From: Microbacteriaceae bacterium
GTDB taxonomy: Bacteria > Actinomycetota > Actinomycetes > Actinomycetales > Microbacteriaceae
NCBI GenBank assembly: GCA_032117735.1
Contig: JAULYU010000237.1
Coordinates: 1 to 39,297, forward strand
Length of the DNA stretch: 39,297 bases
Direction of reading: 5' to 3'
In this document: one piece after another, positions 1 to 8,752 of the stretch
Layout of the letters: every line of letters begins with the position of its first letter
How positions within the stretch are numbered: the stretch's first letter is position 1
Program-made: the position numbers and the translations under genes
The notes under the pieces: model-generated
The model's input: only the letters and a program-made list of their open reading frames with translations
Told to the model about the DNA's origin: nothing
Databases searched by the model: none

Positions 1-1
1 C

Positions 2-2248
2 ATCGACGAACTTGACTTCCCCGGGTACTTCCTCATCGTGCACGACATCGTGCAGTTCGCGCGGTCGCGTCGGATTCTGTGCCAGGGCCGCGGCAGTGCG
101 GCGAATTCGGCCGTCTGTTACGCGCTCGGAATCACCGCGGTCGACTCGATCGCCTACGGACTGCCGTTTGAGCGATTCCTCTCGGCGCTGCGCGACGAAC
201 CACCCGACATCGACGTCGATTTCGACACCGATCGCCGCGAAGAAGTCATCCAATACGTGTTTGAGAAGTACGGTCGACGAAACGCCGCCCAGGTCGCCAA
301 CGTCATCACCTATCGACCCAAGAACGCCATCCGCGACATCGCCCGCGCGTTCGGACACGGGGTCGACGATCAGAACGCGTGGTCGCGGCTCGTCGAACGC
401 TGGCGTCGGCTCGACCCGTCGGAAACCGCCGAGATCCCCGAACACATCGTTCGGCTCGCGAACGAAACCCTGACACTGCCGCGCCACCTCGGGATTCACT
501 CGGGCGGGATGGTGTTGACGGAACAACCCGTCGGCGAGGTCGTCCCCATCGAACACGCGCGCATGCCCGGCCGAACCGTCCTGCAGTGGGACAAAGACGA
601 CTGCGCCTACATGGGACTGGTCAAGTTCGATCTTCTGGGGCTCGGGATGTTGGGGGCGATCAACCAGGTCTTCGTCGAAATCGAAAAACGGTTCGGCGAA
701 GTGTTCGACCTCGGAACCGTTCCGCGCGAAGAACCCGCGGTGTACGACGCGATGTGCCGCGCCGACGTCATCGGAGTGTTCCAAATCGAATCGAGGGCAC
801 AGATGGGGCTGCTGCCTCGGCTTCGACCCCGGCGTTTTTACGACCTCGTCGTCCAGATCGCGATGGTTCGGCCCGGCCCGATTCAGGGCGGAAGCGTGCA
901 CCCGTTCGTTCGCCGGCGGACGGGTCAGGAACCCATCACCTACGACCACCCGAAACTCATTCCCGTTCTCGAGCGCACCATGGGCGTCCCCATCTTTCAG
1001 GAACAACTCATGCAAATGGCGATGGCGGTGGGTGGCCTGAGCGGTGCCGACGCCGACGTCATCCGGCGGTCCATCGGGTCGAAACGCGGAATCGAACGAC
1101 TCGCCACGATTCGGGAAAAACTCTTCGCCGGGATGGCGGCCAACGGCATCACCGGTGCCACAGCGGATCGCATCTACGGCACGCTCGAGGCCTTCGCGAA
1201 CTTCGGGTTCGCCGAGTCGCACTCCATCGCGTTTTCGCTGCTCGTGTACGTGTCCTCGTGGCTCAAGGTCCACTACCCCGCCGCCTTCCTCGTCGGGTTA
1301 TTGCGGTCACAACCGATGGGGTTCTATTCCGCGGCGACGCTCTCCGCTGACGCCGAACGCCACGGCGTCGACATTCGCGTCCCGTGCATCGCGCGCTCCG
1401 GTATCGAATCGGGGCTCGAAGCAACGGGAATCGACGAGGGTCCGACCGGAATCGAGACGTGCCTTGTGCACAACGACGAACCGGTGCCGCCTTTCGACAA
1501 GGACGCACCCGACGTCACCGCGGCACACCGGCGGGACGGGAACTTTGCGGTGCGTATGGGGCTTGCCGATGTGCGCGGAATTGGGCGAAAAGCGGCGGCC
1601 GCGATCGTCGCGGAACGCGAGACGAACGGGGATTTTCGCGACCTGCACGACCTTGTTCGCCGAACCGGGCTCGAACGGGTCGCTCTCGAAGCCCTCGCCA
1701 CCGCCGGTGCGTTCGACGTTCTGGGGCTCAGTCGGCGCGAGGCGCTGTGGGAAGCGGGATACGCCGCCGAGAGCCGGCCCGAATACCTTCCCGACATCGC
1801 GCCGACAATCCAACTGCCGTTCTTTGACGAGATGGGCGAGATGGACACGATGATTCAGGACCGCTGGGCAACCGGCGTTTCGCCGGGGCTACACCCCGTC
1901 CAGTTCGTGCGGGACGCCCTGGTTCAGCGCGGTGTGTTAGCCGTGACCGACCTGCGGACCGCGGAACCCGACCGGCGCATCGAAGTCGCGGGTCTCGTCA
2001 CGCACCGACAACGTCCCGCGACGGCAAAAGGCATCACGTTTCTCAACCTCGAAGACGAAACCGGAGTCATCAACGTGGTCTGTTCGCGCGGACTGTGGGC
2101 GGCTTTTCGACCGGTCGCCCGCGAAAGCCCTGCGCTCATCGTCCGCGGAATACTGCAGCGATCCGCCGACGGCGTTCTGTCGGTCGTCGCCGACAAACTC
2201 GAGCCGCTCGCCTTCGCTGGTGCACATCGCTCTCGCGACTTTCGCTAG
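2..2248 (+). CDS. dnaE2: Error-prone DNA polymerase III alpha subunit DnaE2 (5'-truncated by window)
   Basis: Frame open from position 2 (IDELDFPGYFLIVHDIV); GRGSAANS, catalytic PDIDVD, LVKFDLLGL, OB-fold HRQRPATAKGITF; C-terminal SRDFR tail diagnostic of DnaE2. Confidence 0.96.
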   Translation: MDELDFPGYFLIVHDIVQFARSRRILCQGRGSAANSAVCYALGITAVDSIAYGLPFERFLSALRDEPPDIDVDFDTDRREEVIQYVFEKYGRRNAAQVANVITYRPKNAIRDIARAFGHGVDDQNAWSRLVERWRRLDPSETAEIPEHIVRLANETLTLPRHLGIHSGGMVLTEQPVGEVVPIEHARMPGRTVLQWDKDDCAYMGLVKFDLLGLGMLGAINQVFVEIEKRFGEVFDLGTVPREEPAVYDAMCRADVIGVFQIESRAQMGLLPRLRPRRFYDLVVQIAMVRPGPIQGGSVHPFVRRRTGQEPITYDHPKLIPVLERTMGVPIFQEQLMQMAMAVGGLSGADADVIRRSIGSKRGIERLATIREKLFAGMAANGITGATADRIYGTLEAFANFGFAESHSIAFSLLVYVSSWLKVHYPAAFLVGLLRSQPMGFYSAATLSADAERHGVDIRVPCIARSGIESGLEATGIDEGPTGIETCLVHNDEPVPPFDKDAPDVTAAHRRDGNFAVRMGLADVRGIGRKAAAAIVAERETNGDFRDLHDLVRRTGLERVALEALATAGAFDVLGLSRREALWEAGYAAESRPEYLPDIAPTIQLPFFDEMGEMDTMIQDRWATGVSPGLHPVQFVRDALVQRGVLAVTDLRTAEPDRRIEVAGLVTHRQRPATAKGITFLNLEDETGVINVVCSRGLWAAFRPVARESPALIVRGILQRSADGVLSVVADKLEPLAFAGAHRSRDFR

Positions 2249-3474
2249 TCACCCGAATCCGGGCGTTTCCTTCGAACCAACGATGCGGCTTGGACCGTTC
2301 CGAACCCGAAACGTTCCGACACCGCATCCACGATGTCGTCGATGTGGTGGCCGTCGTCCTCGTCCTCCCACAACAAACCGAGGTCGCCTTCCCCCACCAG
2401 ATTCTCGAGTCGCACACCGATAAGCCGAACCAGATGACCGTGGCGTTCGACGCGGTCGAACAGCCGGACGGCCTCGGCGGCGACAATCTTGGTGGCATGG
2501 GTGGGGTCGGTGAACGTGTGCGACCGCGTCACCGTGGACCAGTCGTCCAGACGCACCGTGACCGTGACGGTGTGAGCCAGAAAGTTTCGGGTGCGAGCCC
2601 GCGCACTCACGTCGGTCGCCATTCGCAGGACCTCACGGTGCATCTCGGTCACGTCCTCGAGGTCAGCACCGAAGGTGTTCGACCGACCGATACTGCGTTC
2701 GCTGCCACGGTCCTCAATCGTTCGCGGGTCGATACCCAGCGCGAGATTCCGCAGATGAGCGCCTAGCCGCTCTCCCACAATCGACGCCAGCGCTTCGGAC
2801 TCGGCGTGTTGGACATCGCTGATTGTCGAAAAACCAAAATTGGCGAGGCGCTTGGCGGTTACCGCTCCGACACCCCACAGAGCGGTTACCGGGAGTGGCG
2901 CCAGGAACGCGACGGTCTCGGCGGCAGGAACAACCAGTAGCCCGTCGGGTTTTGCCCGAGCGCCGGCGACTTTGGCGACGAACATCGATGAGGCGACTCC
3001 GATGGAGGCGGCGAGACCCAGCTCGCTGCGGACGCGCTCACGGATGGCACGGGCGATGTCGAACGGCCGACCGAGGAGTGCCCGAGCCCCGGACACGTCA
3101 CAGAACGCTTCGTCGATGGACAGCGGTTGAACCTTCGGCGTGAACTCGTGCAGGACTTCGAAAACCCGCGCGGACACCTCGGAATACCGATCGAAGCGGG
3201 GGCTTCGCACGATCGCATGGGGACACCGACGAAGGGCGACCGACATCGGCATCGCCGAATTGACCCCGAAGGTTCGTGCGACATAGTTCGCCGCCGAAAC
3301 CACCCCGCGACCCGACGATCCACCGACGATGACGGGTTTTCCCACGAGCGACGGCTCATCGAGTTCTTCTACCGAGGCGAAGAACGCGTCCATGTCGAGA
3401 TGCAGGAACGGCGTGGCCGAATCGTCGACGTCACCGTCGGTGATGTGCCGGTTCAATCCGTCCTGTTTGCCCAC
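2245..3474 (-). CDS. dinB: DNA polymerase IV (Y-family)
   Basis: LHLDMDAFFASVE, SAANYVAR, SIDEAFCD, AKPDG motifs; catalytic residues intact, so not ImuB. Confidence 0.95.
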   Translation of the reverse strand: MGKQDGLNRHITDGDVDDSATPFLHLDMDAFFASVEELDEPSLVGKPVIVGGSSGRGVVSAANYVARTFGVNSAMPMSVALRRCPHAIVRSPRFDRYSEVSARVFEVLHEFTPKVQPLSIDEAFCDVSGARALLGRPFDIARAIRERVRSELGLAASIGVASSMFVAKVAGARAKPDGLLVVPAAETVAFLAPLPVTALWGVGAVTAKRLANFGFSTISDVQHAESEALASIVGERLGAHLRNLALGIDPRTIEDRGSERSIGRSNTFGADLEDVTEMHREVLRMATDVSARARTRNFLAHTVTVTVRLDDWSTVTRSHTFTDPTHATKIVAAEAVRLFDRVERHGHLVRLIGVRLENLVGEGDLGLLWEDEDDGHHIDDIVDAVSERFGFGTVQAASLVRRKRPDSGD

Positions 3475-3479
3475 ACTCC

Positions 3480-3485
3480 ATTGTC
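3480..3485 (-). promoter_or_regulatory. Putative -10 (GACAAT) of leaderless dinB
   Basis: Hexamer 5 nt before GTG start. Confidence 0.45.
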
Positions 3486-3501
3486 CAGACGGTGTGATCG
3501 A

Positions 3502-4308
3502 TTAGCGCGTATTGGTCAGTGCATAGAGTGTCACCGCAGCCGCCGCGGCGACATTGAGTGAATCGACTCCGTGCGCCATCGGGATGCGCACAACCCGATC
3601 GCTCGCGGCAATCGTCGCGGGTGTCAGCCCGTGACCTTCGGTTCCGAAAACAATGGCGAGCCGGTCCGGGTTCTCCGCGGCCAGTTCCGCCAGTGTTATC
3701 GCATCGTCGGTCAACGCGAGAGAGGCGATAACGAAACCGGCATCGCGAAGTTCCTCGAGCCCATTCGGCCACGACGTAATTCGCGTCCATGGAACCTGCA
3801 GGACCGTTCCCATCGATACGCGAACGCTGCGTCGATACAGCGGGTCGGCGCATTCGGGGGTGATGAGCACGGCATCGGCACCCAACCCCGCGACACTGCG
3901 AAAGATGGCTCCAACATTGGTGTGATCGATGATGTTCTCGAGAATGACGACCCGCTTTGCGTCTTTGACGAGTTCGCTCACGGTGACAAGCGCCGGCCGC
4001 TCCATTGCGGCAATGGCGCCGCGGTGCAACAAAAACCCCGTCAGCTTTTCCAGTTCCGAATCGTCCCCGACGAACACGGGAATATCGTGGTCCGCGAGGA
4101 GAGCCTCGAGAGTGAGCACCCATTTTTCGAGGGTGATGACCGACAGGGGACGATGTCCCGCCGCCAGCGCACGGGCGATTACCTTGGTTGACTCAGCAAG
4201 GTACATGCCCGAGCTCGGTTCGGCGAGCCGCCGAAGCGTCACGTCCGTGAGGTTGGTGAAAAACGCGAGACGAGCATCGTCCAACGACTCGATTCGCTCG
4301 AGTCTCAC
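3502..4308 (-). CDS. TrmH/SpoU family RNA methyltransferase
   Basis: LENIIDHTNVGAIFRS, FGTEGHGL, IPMAHGVDSLNVAAA SPOUT motifs; GTG start at 4308 chosen just downstream of the upstream gene's stop. Confidence 0.92.
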   Translation of the reverse strand: MRLERIESLDDARLAFFTNLTDVTLRRLAEPSSGMYLAESTKVIARALAAGHRPLSVITLEKWVLTLEALLADHDIPVFVGDDSELEKLTGFLLHRGAIAAMERPALVTVSELVKDAKRVVILENIIDHTNVGAIFRSVAGLGADAVLITPECADPLYRRSVRVSMGTVLQVPWTRITSWPNGLEELRDAGFVIASLALTDDAITLAELAAENPDRLAIVFGTEGHGLTPATIAASDRVVRIPMAHGVDSLNVAAAAAVTLYALTNTR

Positions 4309-4310
4309 CG

Positions 4311-4883
4311 CTAGCGCAGTTCGGTGGTGCGTGTCGGTCTGGCGGCGATGACAATCCAGACGATGAACGCCGCAACGTTGGCGAGTGTGATGACGAGCAT
4401 GGTCAGCGCAAGAGTCAGAAGGTCTCCGGCGTTGACCGCGGAAACGCCGCGGTCCAGCATGTCGGCCGACTCGTTGCCCAGCCACAAGAGCAGCACAAGA
4501 GAGATCGGACCGATGAGGTGAACCGCCCACGCGAGAACAACCGACGAACCAGCGTCCCGGAAACGGCGAATCGTGACCGTCAAGGTCGGGACGAACAGCA
4601 GAACCGTGACGAGTGTCGCCACCGTCCACAGCGTCTCGTCGAGTGTGGTGTCCACGATTGCGCGGATGTCATCGCCGGTGAGCGTGTTCGCGTCCCCCGG
4701 GAAGACCAGATTCGACGTCGGGCGAAGAACCATGTCGACCGTGCCCGCGACCAGGCTCGCCAGAACCGTGAACAGAAACCAATACCAGAAGGCCCGGCGC
4801 GACGCGCGATCGTCGGTGTTGCGCCACTCACGCAACCCCATTCGGACCGCGTCGACAAAGGTCAGTGTGTTCCTGTCATCCAT
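4311..4883 (-). CDS. DUF805-like inner membrane protein
   Basis: RASRRAFWYWFLF and PTLTVTIRRFRDAG resemble DUF805 motifs (GRASRxEYW, LAVxxRRLHD); several hydrophobic segments; ATG 4883 preceded by GATAAT. Confidence 0.75.
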   Translation of the reverse strand: MDDRNTLTFVDAVRMGLREWRNTDDRASRRAFWYWFLFTVLASLVAGTVDMVLRPTSNLVFPGDANTLTGDDIRAIVDTTLDETLWTVATLVTVLLFVPTLTVTIRRFRDAGSSVVLAWAVHLIGPISLVLLLWLGNESADMLDRGVSAVNAGDLLTLALTMLVITLANVAAFIVWIVIAARPTRTTELR

Positions 4884-4889
4884 TCCCCC

Positions 4890-4917
4890 ATTATCCCCGA
4901 GCCGCCGCTCGTAGACT
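4890..4917. promoter_or_regulatory. Divergent -10 pair: GATAAT (minus, DUF805 gene) and TAGACT (plus, histidine phosphatase)
   Basis: 6 and 9 nt from their ATGs; no properly spaced SD. Confidence 0.55.
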
Positions 4918-4926
4918 GAACACACA

Positions 4927-5553
4927 ATGACAAACTTTTTTCTCGTTCGCCACGGTGAGACCGACTGGAACCTGGTTGGTCGAATCCAAGGTGCAACGGA
5001 CATCCCGCTCAACGACACCGGACGCGCTCAAGCCCAGAAAACGGGCGAGAAAATGCAGGGGCGGCGCTGGGACGTCATCGTCTCAAGCCCGCTGTCCCGC
5101 GCCTTCGAGACCGCCAGCATCATCGCCACCGCTCTGGCAATGCCCGAACCCATCGCCGATGACGACCTCGTCGAGCGCCACTATGGCGAGGCGGAAGGCA
5201 TGACGGGCCCAGAGCTCGAAGCTTTCTATCCGAATGACACACCGATCCCCGGTCGCGAGACGCGCGAGGCGGTCAAAGTGCGTGTCTTGGCGGCGATTCA
5301 CCGACTCGCGGCGGAAAACCGTGGTAAAAACGTCATCGTTGTCGCTCACGGTGGTGTGATTCGAGCCGTATTGCAGTCGACCACGGGTCAGGCGTTTTTC
5401 GGCGAGCGGATTGCAAACGGCTCGGTCCACTCCTTTCACCACTCCGGTGACGGGCTGGAACTCGTCCAGTTCAACGACCCGCTCGAATTGCTCACGGACG
5501 ACATCTCTCTCCCTGATTTTGAAGACCAGCAACCCCTGGAGAAACGAGAATAG
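4927..5553 (+). CDS. Histidine phosphatase family protein (phosphoglycerate mutase-like)
   Basis: LVRHGETDWN, SSPLSRA, VAHGGVI motifs. Confidence 0.92.
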   Translation: MTNFFLVRHGETDWNLVGRIQGATDIPLNDTGRAQAQKTGEKMQGRRWDVIVSSPLSRAFETASIIATALAMPEPIADDDLVERHYGEAEGMTGPELEAFYPNDTPIPGRETREAVKVRVLAAIHRLAAENRGKNVIVVAHGGVIRAVLQSTTGQAFFGERIANGSVHSFHHSGDGLELVQFNDPLELLTDDISLPDFEDQQPLEKRE

Positions 5554-6048
5554 ATGGGCTGGAAAAGCATCGAAACGCTTCACGCGAACGGTGTTCGTGT
5601 CGCCGAGGCGTTGACGGCGCTCGGAGTGAACGGTGAAATTGTCGAAACACTTGAATCCTCGCCCACCGCTGCGCGCGCGGCGGAACAGCTCGACATCGAA
5701 ATCGGGCAGGTCTGTAACTCGCTTGTCTTCAGCGCAGACGGTGAGCCGCTGCTGATTCTCGCCTCGGGCGGACACAAGGTGGACACCGATCGTGTCGCCA
5801 CTGAAATTGGGGTTACGTCGATTCATCGACCCGACGCCGATTTCGTTCGGCTACACACCGGCCAGCCCATCGGTGGCGTCGCTCCCGTCGGTCACCCGGC
5901 CCCGTTGCGCACGATTGTCGATAGCGCGTTGGCGAACTGGGACGTGGTGTGGGCCGCCGGCGGTCACCCCCACTACGTTTTTCCCACCTCGTTCGACGAA
6001 CTAGTGCGAATTACGGGCGGCCAGGTCCTCGACGTCGGCCAGCGGTAG
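5554..6048 (+). CDS. YbaK/EbsC family aminoacyl-tRNA deacylase
   Basis: TAARAAEQL, NSLVF, TGQPIGGVAPVGH, VWAAGG motifs. Confidence 0.88.
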   Translation: MGWKSIETLHANGVRVAEALTALGVNGEIVETLESSPTAARAAEQLDIEIGQVCNSLVFSADGEPLLILASGGHKVDTDRVATEIGVTSIHRPDADFVRLHTGQPIGGVAPVGHPAPLRTIVDSALANWDVVWAAGGHPHYVFPTSFDELVRITGGQVLDVGQR

Positions 6049-6739
6049 CCAAACCCTTTCGAATCTCGCGCATCGCGACGGGATTGGGAGAAAGATGGTC
6101 GACAACAAATCTCTCGATGCGCGCCGGGTTCAATCGTGCGCAATCTCGAAGTGCCCAGCCGATCGCCTTGGCGATAAAGAATTCGGTGTCTCTCCAATGT
6201 TCGTCAGCGAGTTCGCAAACTCGGTCGATGTCGGTTCGCGACTTCCAGCCTCGCTGATGACCAAGTGCTGAACGAATGAGCCAGCGGTCGCCAGAACCAG
6301 ACCACTCATCAATGAGCTCGTCATGACCGTACATGAGGCAGAGCGGGCTCACCATGGCACTGACGAGACCATCCACGCTGTCCCACCACGGAGTGGATGT
6401 AAGTAGCCGTGCGCCGAAAGTTGGCAAAAAGTCTTCGTCGGCAACATTGAGCCAATGAGCGATGAGGTCAAACGCGGCGTAGTGATACTCCCGTTCTGGT
6501 TCCGCAAACAACGCCAGAGCGGACTGTCCGAGTTCCTGGCTCGTTGGGTTTGCGAGGGGCGTCCATGCGCTGCGGAGTGCGGCGCGACGATCTGGCGCGG
6601 TGATGCCGAGGAATGGCGCAATGTCCTTCATGTAACGACGCATCTCGGTCGCACGTCCCGGGTTTCGGAGCGGTTCAAGCGAGGCCCGTGTCGCGTCAAC
6701 GACGTCGAGGACCCACGTGGACTCCCCTAATGACGTCAT
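6011..6739 (-). CDS. DNA alkylation repair protein (AlkD-like HEAT-repeat glycosylase family)
   Basis: MRRYMK..FLGI..P.RR, EREYHYAA, WWDSVD, EFFIAKAIGWALRD motifs. Confidence 0.85.
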   Translation of the reverse strand: MTSLGESTWVLDVVDATRASLEPLRNPGRATEMRRYMKDIAPFLGITAPDRRAALRSAWTPLANPTSQELGQSALALFAEPEREYHYAAFDLIAHWLNVADEDFLPTFGARLLTSTPWWDSVDGLVSAMVSPLCLMYGHDELIDEWSGSGDRWLIRSALGHQRGWKSRTDIDRVCELADEHWRDTEFFIAKAIGWALRDCARLNPARIERFVVDHLSPNPVAMREIRKGLATAGRRRGPGRP

Positions 6740-7629
6740 GTGCGACTGTGGCGAAGGACGAACGCACGAATTGCCGCGGCGGTTTCGAATGGTCGTTCGT
6801 AGTGGACGAGATGGCCAACGCCCTCCAACACGTGAAGCTCGGCGTGGGGAAATTGGCTCTGGACTGCGACCTGTGCCGAAAGCGGTGTGATGTCGTCGCG
6901 GTCGGCGGCAATGAGGAGAACCGGCGCGACGATGTCCGAGGCGAAGTCAGCGACCGAAGCCGAAGTGGACGCACTGAACGCGCCGATGAGGGAATTGCGA
7001 TCGGAGTACAGGGAGAAATATCGCGCGTGTTGATCGTGAATCCACGCTCGCAGTCCGGGGTTTGTGGACTTGGTCAGCGTCTCGCTCATCAGGCGCACAA
7101 AGAGAGGGTTGCCGAGCCACGCGGATCCGAACGGTTCGGGAAGTGACCCGCCGATCGAATACCAGAGCGACGCGATTGCCGTCGCGAATCGTTTTGGGCC
7201 GGACAGTGCGCGTTGCGAGATGGGGTTGATAAGCACCACGGGTCGCGCGCGCTCGCCACGCATCGCAGAGGCGACGATGAGCGAGCCGAAGGAGTGCCCG
7301 ACGACGACCGCGGTGTTGCTCGAGGTTGCCGACAGAAAGGCGCTCAGCCACCGTCCGTAGCTGTCAATAGACACCGAACCGTCGGGCCAACCGCTGCTGG
7401 ATCCGAAGACAGGGATGTCGGGGATGATGACGCGAAACTCGGGGAGCGCGTCGGCGATGAGTTGGAGCCCGTGATGGTCCCCCCGGAAACCGTGGATCAT
7501 CACCAGCGTTGTGGCAGCGGCATCCGCCGAATATTCCCACCAGTGCGTTGTCGTTCCGTCGACGAGGGCGGTGTGTTCAACCCCGACGCGCTGCTCCATC
7601 AGTCCGGCGTAGGGGTAAGGAACAGTCAC
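6736..7629 (-). CDS. Alpha/beta fold hydrolase
   Basis: HGFRGDH oxyanion region, GHSFGS nucleophile elbow, DDITP acid, GHLVHYE histidine. Confidence 0.9.
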   Translation of the reverse strand: MTVPYPYAGLMEQRVGVEHTALVDGTTTHWWEYSADAAATTLVMIHGFRGDHHGLQLIADALPEFRVIIPDIPVFGSSSGWPDGSVSIDSYGRWLSAFLSATSSNTAVVVGHSFGSLIVASAMRGERARPVVLINPISQRALSGPKRFATAIASLWYSIGGSLPEPFGSAWLGNPLFVRLMSETLTKSTNPGLRAWIHDQHARYFSLYSDRNSLIGAFSASTSASVADFASDIVAPVLLIAADRDDITPLSAQVAVQSQFPHAELHVLEGVGHLVHYERPFETAAAIRAFVLRHSRT

Positions 7630-7635
7630 TCCCCC

Positions 7636-7686
7636 AGTTTATGTCGCGGTTTGCTCGGAGTTTCGTGTCCTAACCGGGAATAGGGT
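7636..7686. promoter_or_regulatory. Divergent -10 pair: TAAACT (minus, hydrolase) and TAGGGT (plus, exonuclease)
   Basis: Each TANNNT lies 6 nt before its start codon. Confidence 0.6.
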
Positions 7687-7692
7687 GATGTC

Positions 7693-8391
7693 ATGAACAC
7701 ATGGGAACGATTAGGCGTATTCGACCTTGAGACAACGGGACTGAGCGTCACCAACAGCAGAATCGTCACGGCGTTTATCGGCGTGCTCGATTCAAGCGGA
7801 GCCGTCATCGAGTCGCACGAATGGGTTGCTGATCCCGGCGTCGAAATTCCGGACGCGGCCGCGAATGTGCACGGCTACACGACCGAACGTGCCCGAGCCG
7901 AAGGCCGTCCCGCCGGCGACGTGGTGTCCGAGATTGTTGAGCGTTTACGTGTGCTGTTTAGCGAGGGCACGCCGGTTGTCGCCTATAACGCGTCCTACGA
8001 CTTTTCACTTCTGCATCACGACGCATTGCGTAACCGGGTTGCGCCCCTCGATGGGCCGGCACCGATTATCGACCCGCTCGTGATTGACAAAAAGGTGGAC
8101 ACTTTCCGCAAGGGTTCCAGGACCCTTCAAGCGGCGTGTGATCTGTACGGGGTTGACCTCGGTGCAGCTCACGAATCTCAGGCAGACGCAGTCGCCGCGG
8201 GTCGGGTTTTCCTCGCAATTCGCGAGAAGTTCGTGACATCGCCGGAGCTCGCGCTCACACCGCGCGAACTGCACGATGCGCAGGTGGTGTGGGCGAAGGC
8301 GCAAGCTGAATCGTTCGCCAAGTATCTGGCGGGCAAAGGCGAGACATCGAAGCGTCCGGGCGACGGAATGTGGCCGGTTTTCACCGGTTGA
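7693..8391 (+). CDS. DEDDh 3'-5' exonuclease (DnaQ/epsilon-like)
   Basis: ExoI VFDLETTG, ExoII AYNASYD, ExoIII AHESQADA. Confidence 0.92.
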   Translation: MNTWERLGVFDLETTGLSVTNSRIVTAFIGVLDSSGAVIESHEWVADPGVEIPDAAANVHGYTTERARAEGRPAGDVVSEIVERLRVLFSEGTPVVAYNASYDFSLLHHDALRNRVAPLDGPAPIIDPLVIDKKVDTFRKGSRTLQAACDLYGVDLGAAHESQADAVAAGRVFLAIREKFVTSPELALTPRELHDAQVVWAKAQAESFAKYLAGKGETSKRPGDGMWPVFTG

Positions 8392-8406
8392 TTTGCGCCG
8401 ACATAA

Positions 8407-8437
8407 ACAAAGGCCACGCGGTTTGCGTGGCCTTTGT
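8407..8437. terminator. Bidirectional intrinsic terminator between convergent exonuclease and rpmE2 genes
   Basis: Perfect 13-bp inverted repeat ACAAAGGCCACGC-ggttt-GCGTGGCCTTTGT with T runs on both strands. Confidence 0.85.
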
Positions 8438-8451
8438 GAAAGAGACAGACG

Positions 8452-8700
8452 TTACTGGCCGAAGCCTTCGTAACGCTTGTTGAACTTTTCGACGCGTCCC
8501 GCCGAGTCCATGATGCGCTGCTTGCCCGTGTAGAACGGGTGCGATGCCGACGAGATTTCGACGTCGATAACGGGGTACTCGACTCCGTCAACCGACACGG
8601 TCTTTTCCGACGTTGCGGTGGAGCGAGTCAAAAACATTTCACCACTAGCGAGATCGCGAAATACGATGGGCGCGTAGGTGGGGTGGATTTCAGCCTTCAT
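8452..8700 (-). CDS. rpmE2: 50S ribosomal protein L31 type B (Cys-free)
   Basis: [44 protein letters not shown]; SD AAGGA at 8706-8710. Confidence 0.96.
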   Translation of the reverse strand: MKAEIHPTYAPIVFRDLASGEMFLTRSTATSEKTVSVDGVEYPVIDVEISSASHPFYTGKQRIMDSAGRVEKFNKRYEGFGQ

Positions 8701-8743
8701 GGTGTTCCTTTATGGGATGCAGGGCGCGTGTGCGCAACGTCTA

Positions 8744-8752
8744 ACTGTATCA
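8744..8752 (-). promoter_or_regulatory. Putative extended -10 (TGnTACAGT) of rpmE2
   Basis: TG-A-TACAGT about 43 nt upstream of the ATG. Confidence 0.45.

Noticed and set aside
2245-3474. Y-family gene next to dnaE2 as imuB
   Set aside because: It retains catalytic DMDAFF and SIDE motifs and is on the opposite strand, so it is DinB
3475-3501. LexA/SOS box upstream of dinB (also sought before uvrA, alkD and the exonuclease)
   Set aside because: No CGAAC-N4-GTTCG-like palindrome seen by eye in these regions
3502-4629. Extended N-termini in the ORF track (TrmH from 4629; likewise tpiA 29305, whiA 33110, SURF1 11147, serB 9551, sufB 17722)
   Set aside because: Extensions overlap neighbouring genes or promoter regions; downstream starts fit family N-termini and SD or coupling signals
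7666-7686. PafBC (RecA-NDp, TGTCGG-N10-TANNNT) promoter upstream of the exonuclease
   Set aside because: Sequence reads TGTCCT-N9-TAGGGT, with two mismatches and spacing off by one; too weak to call
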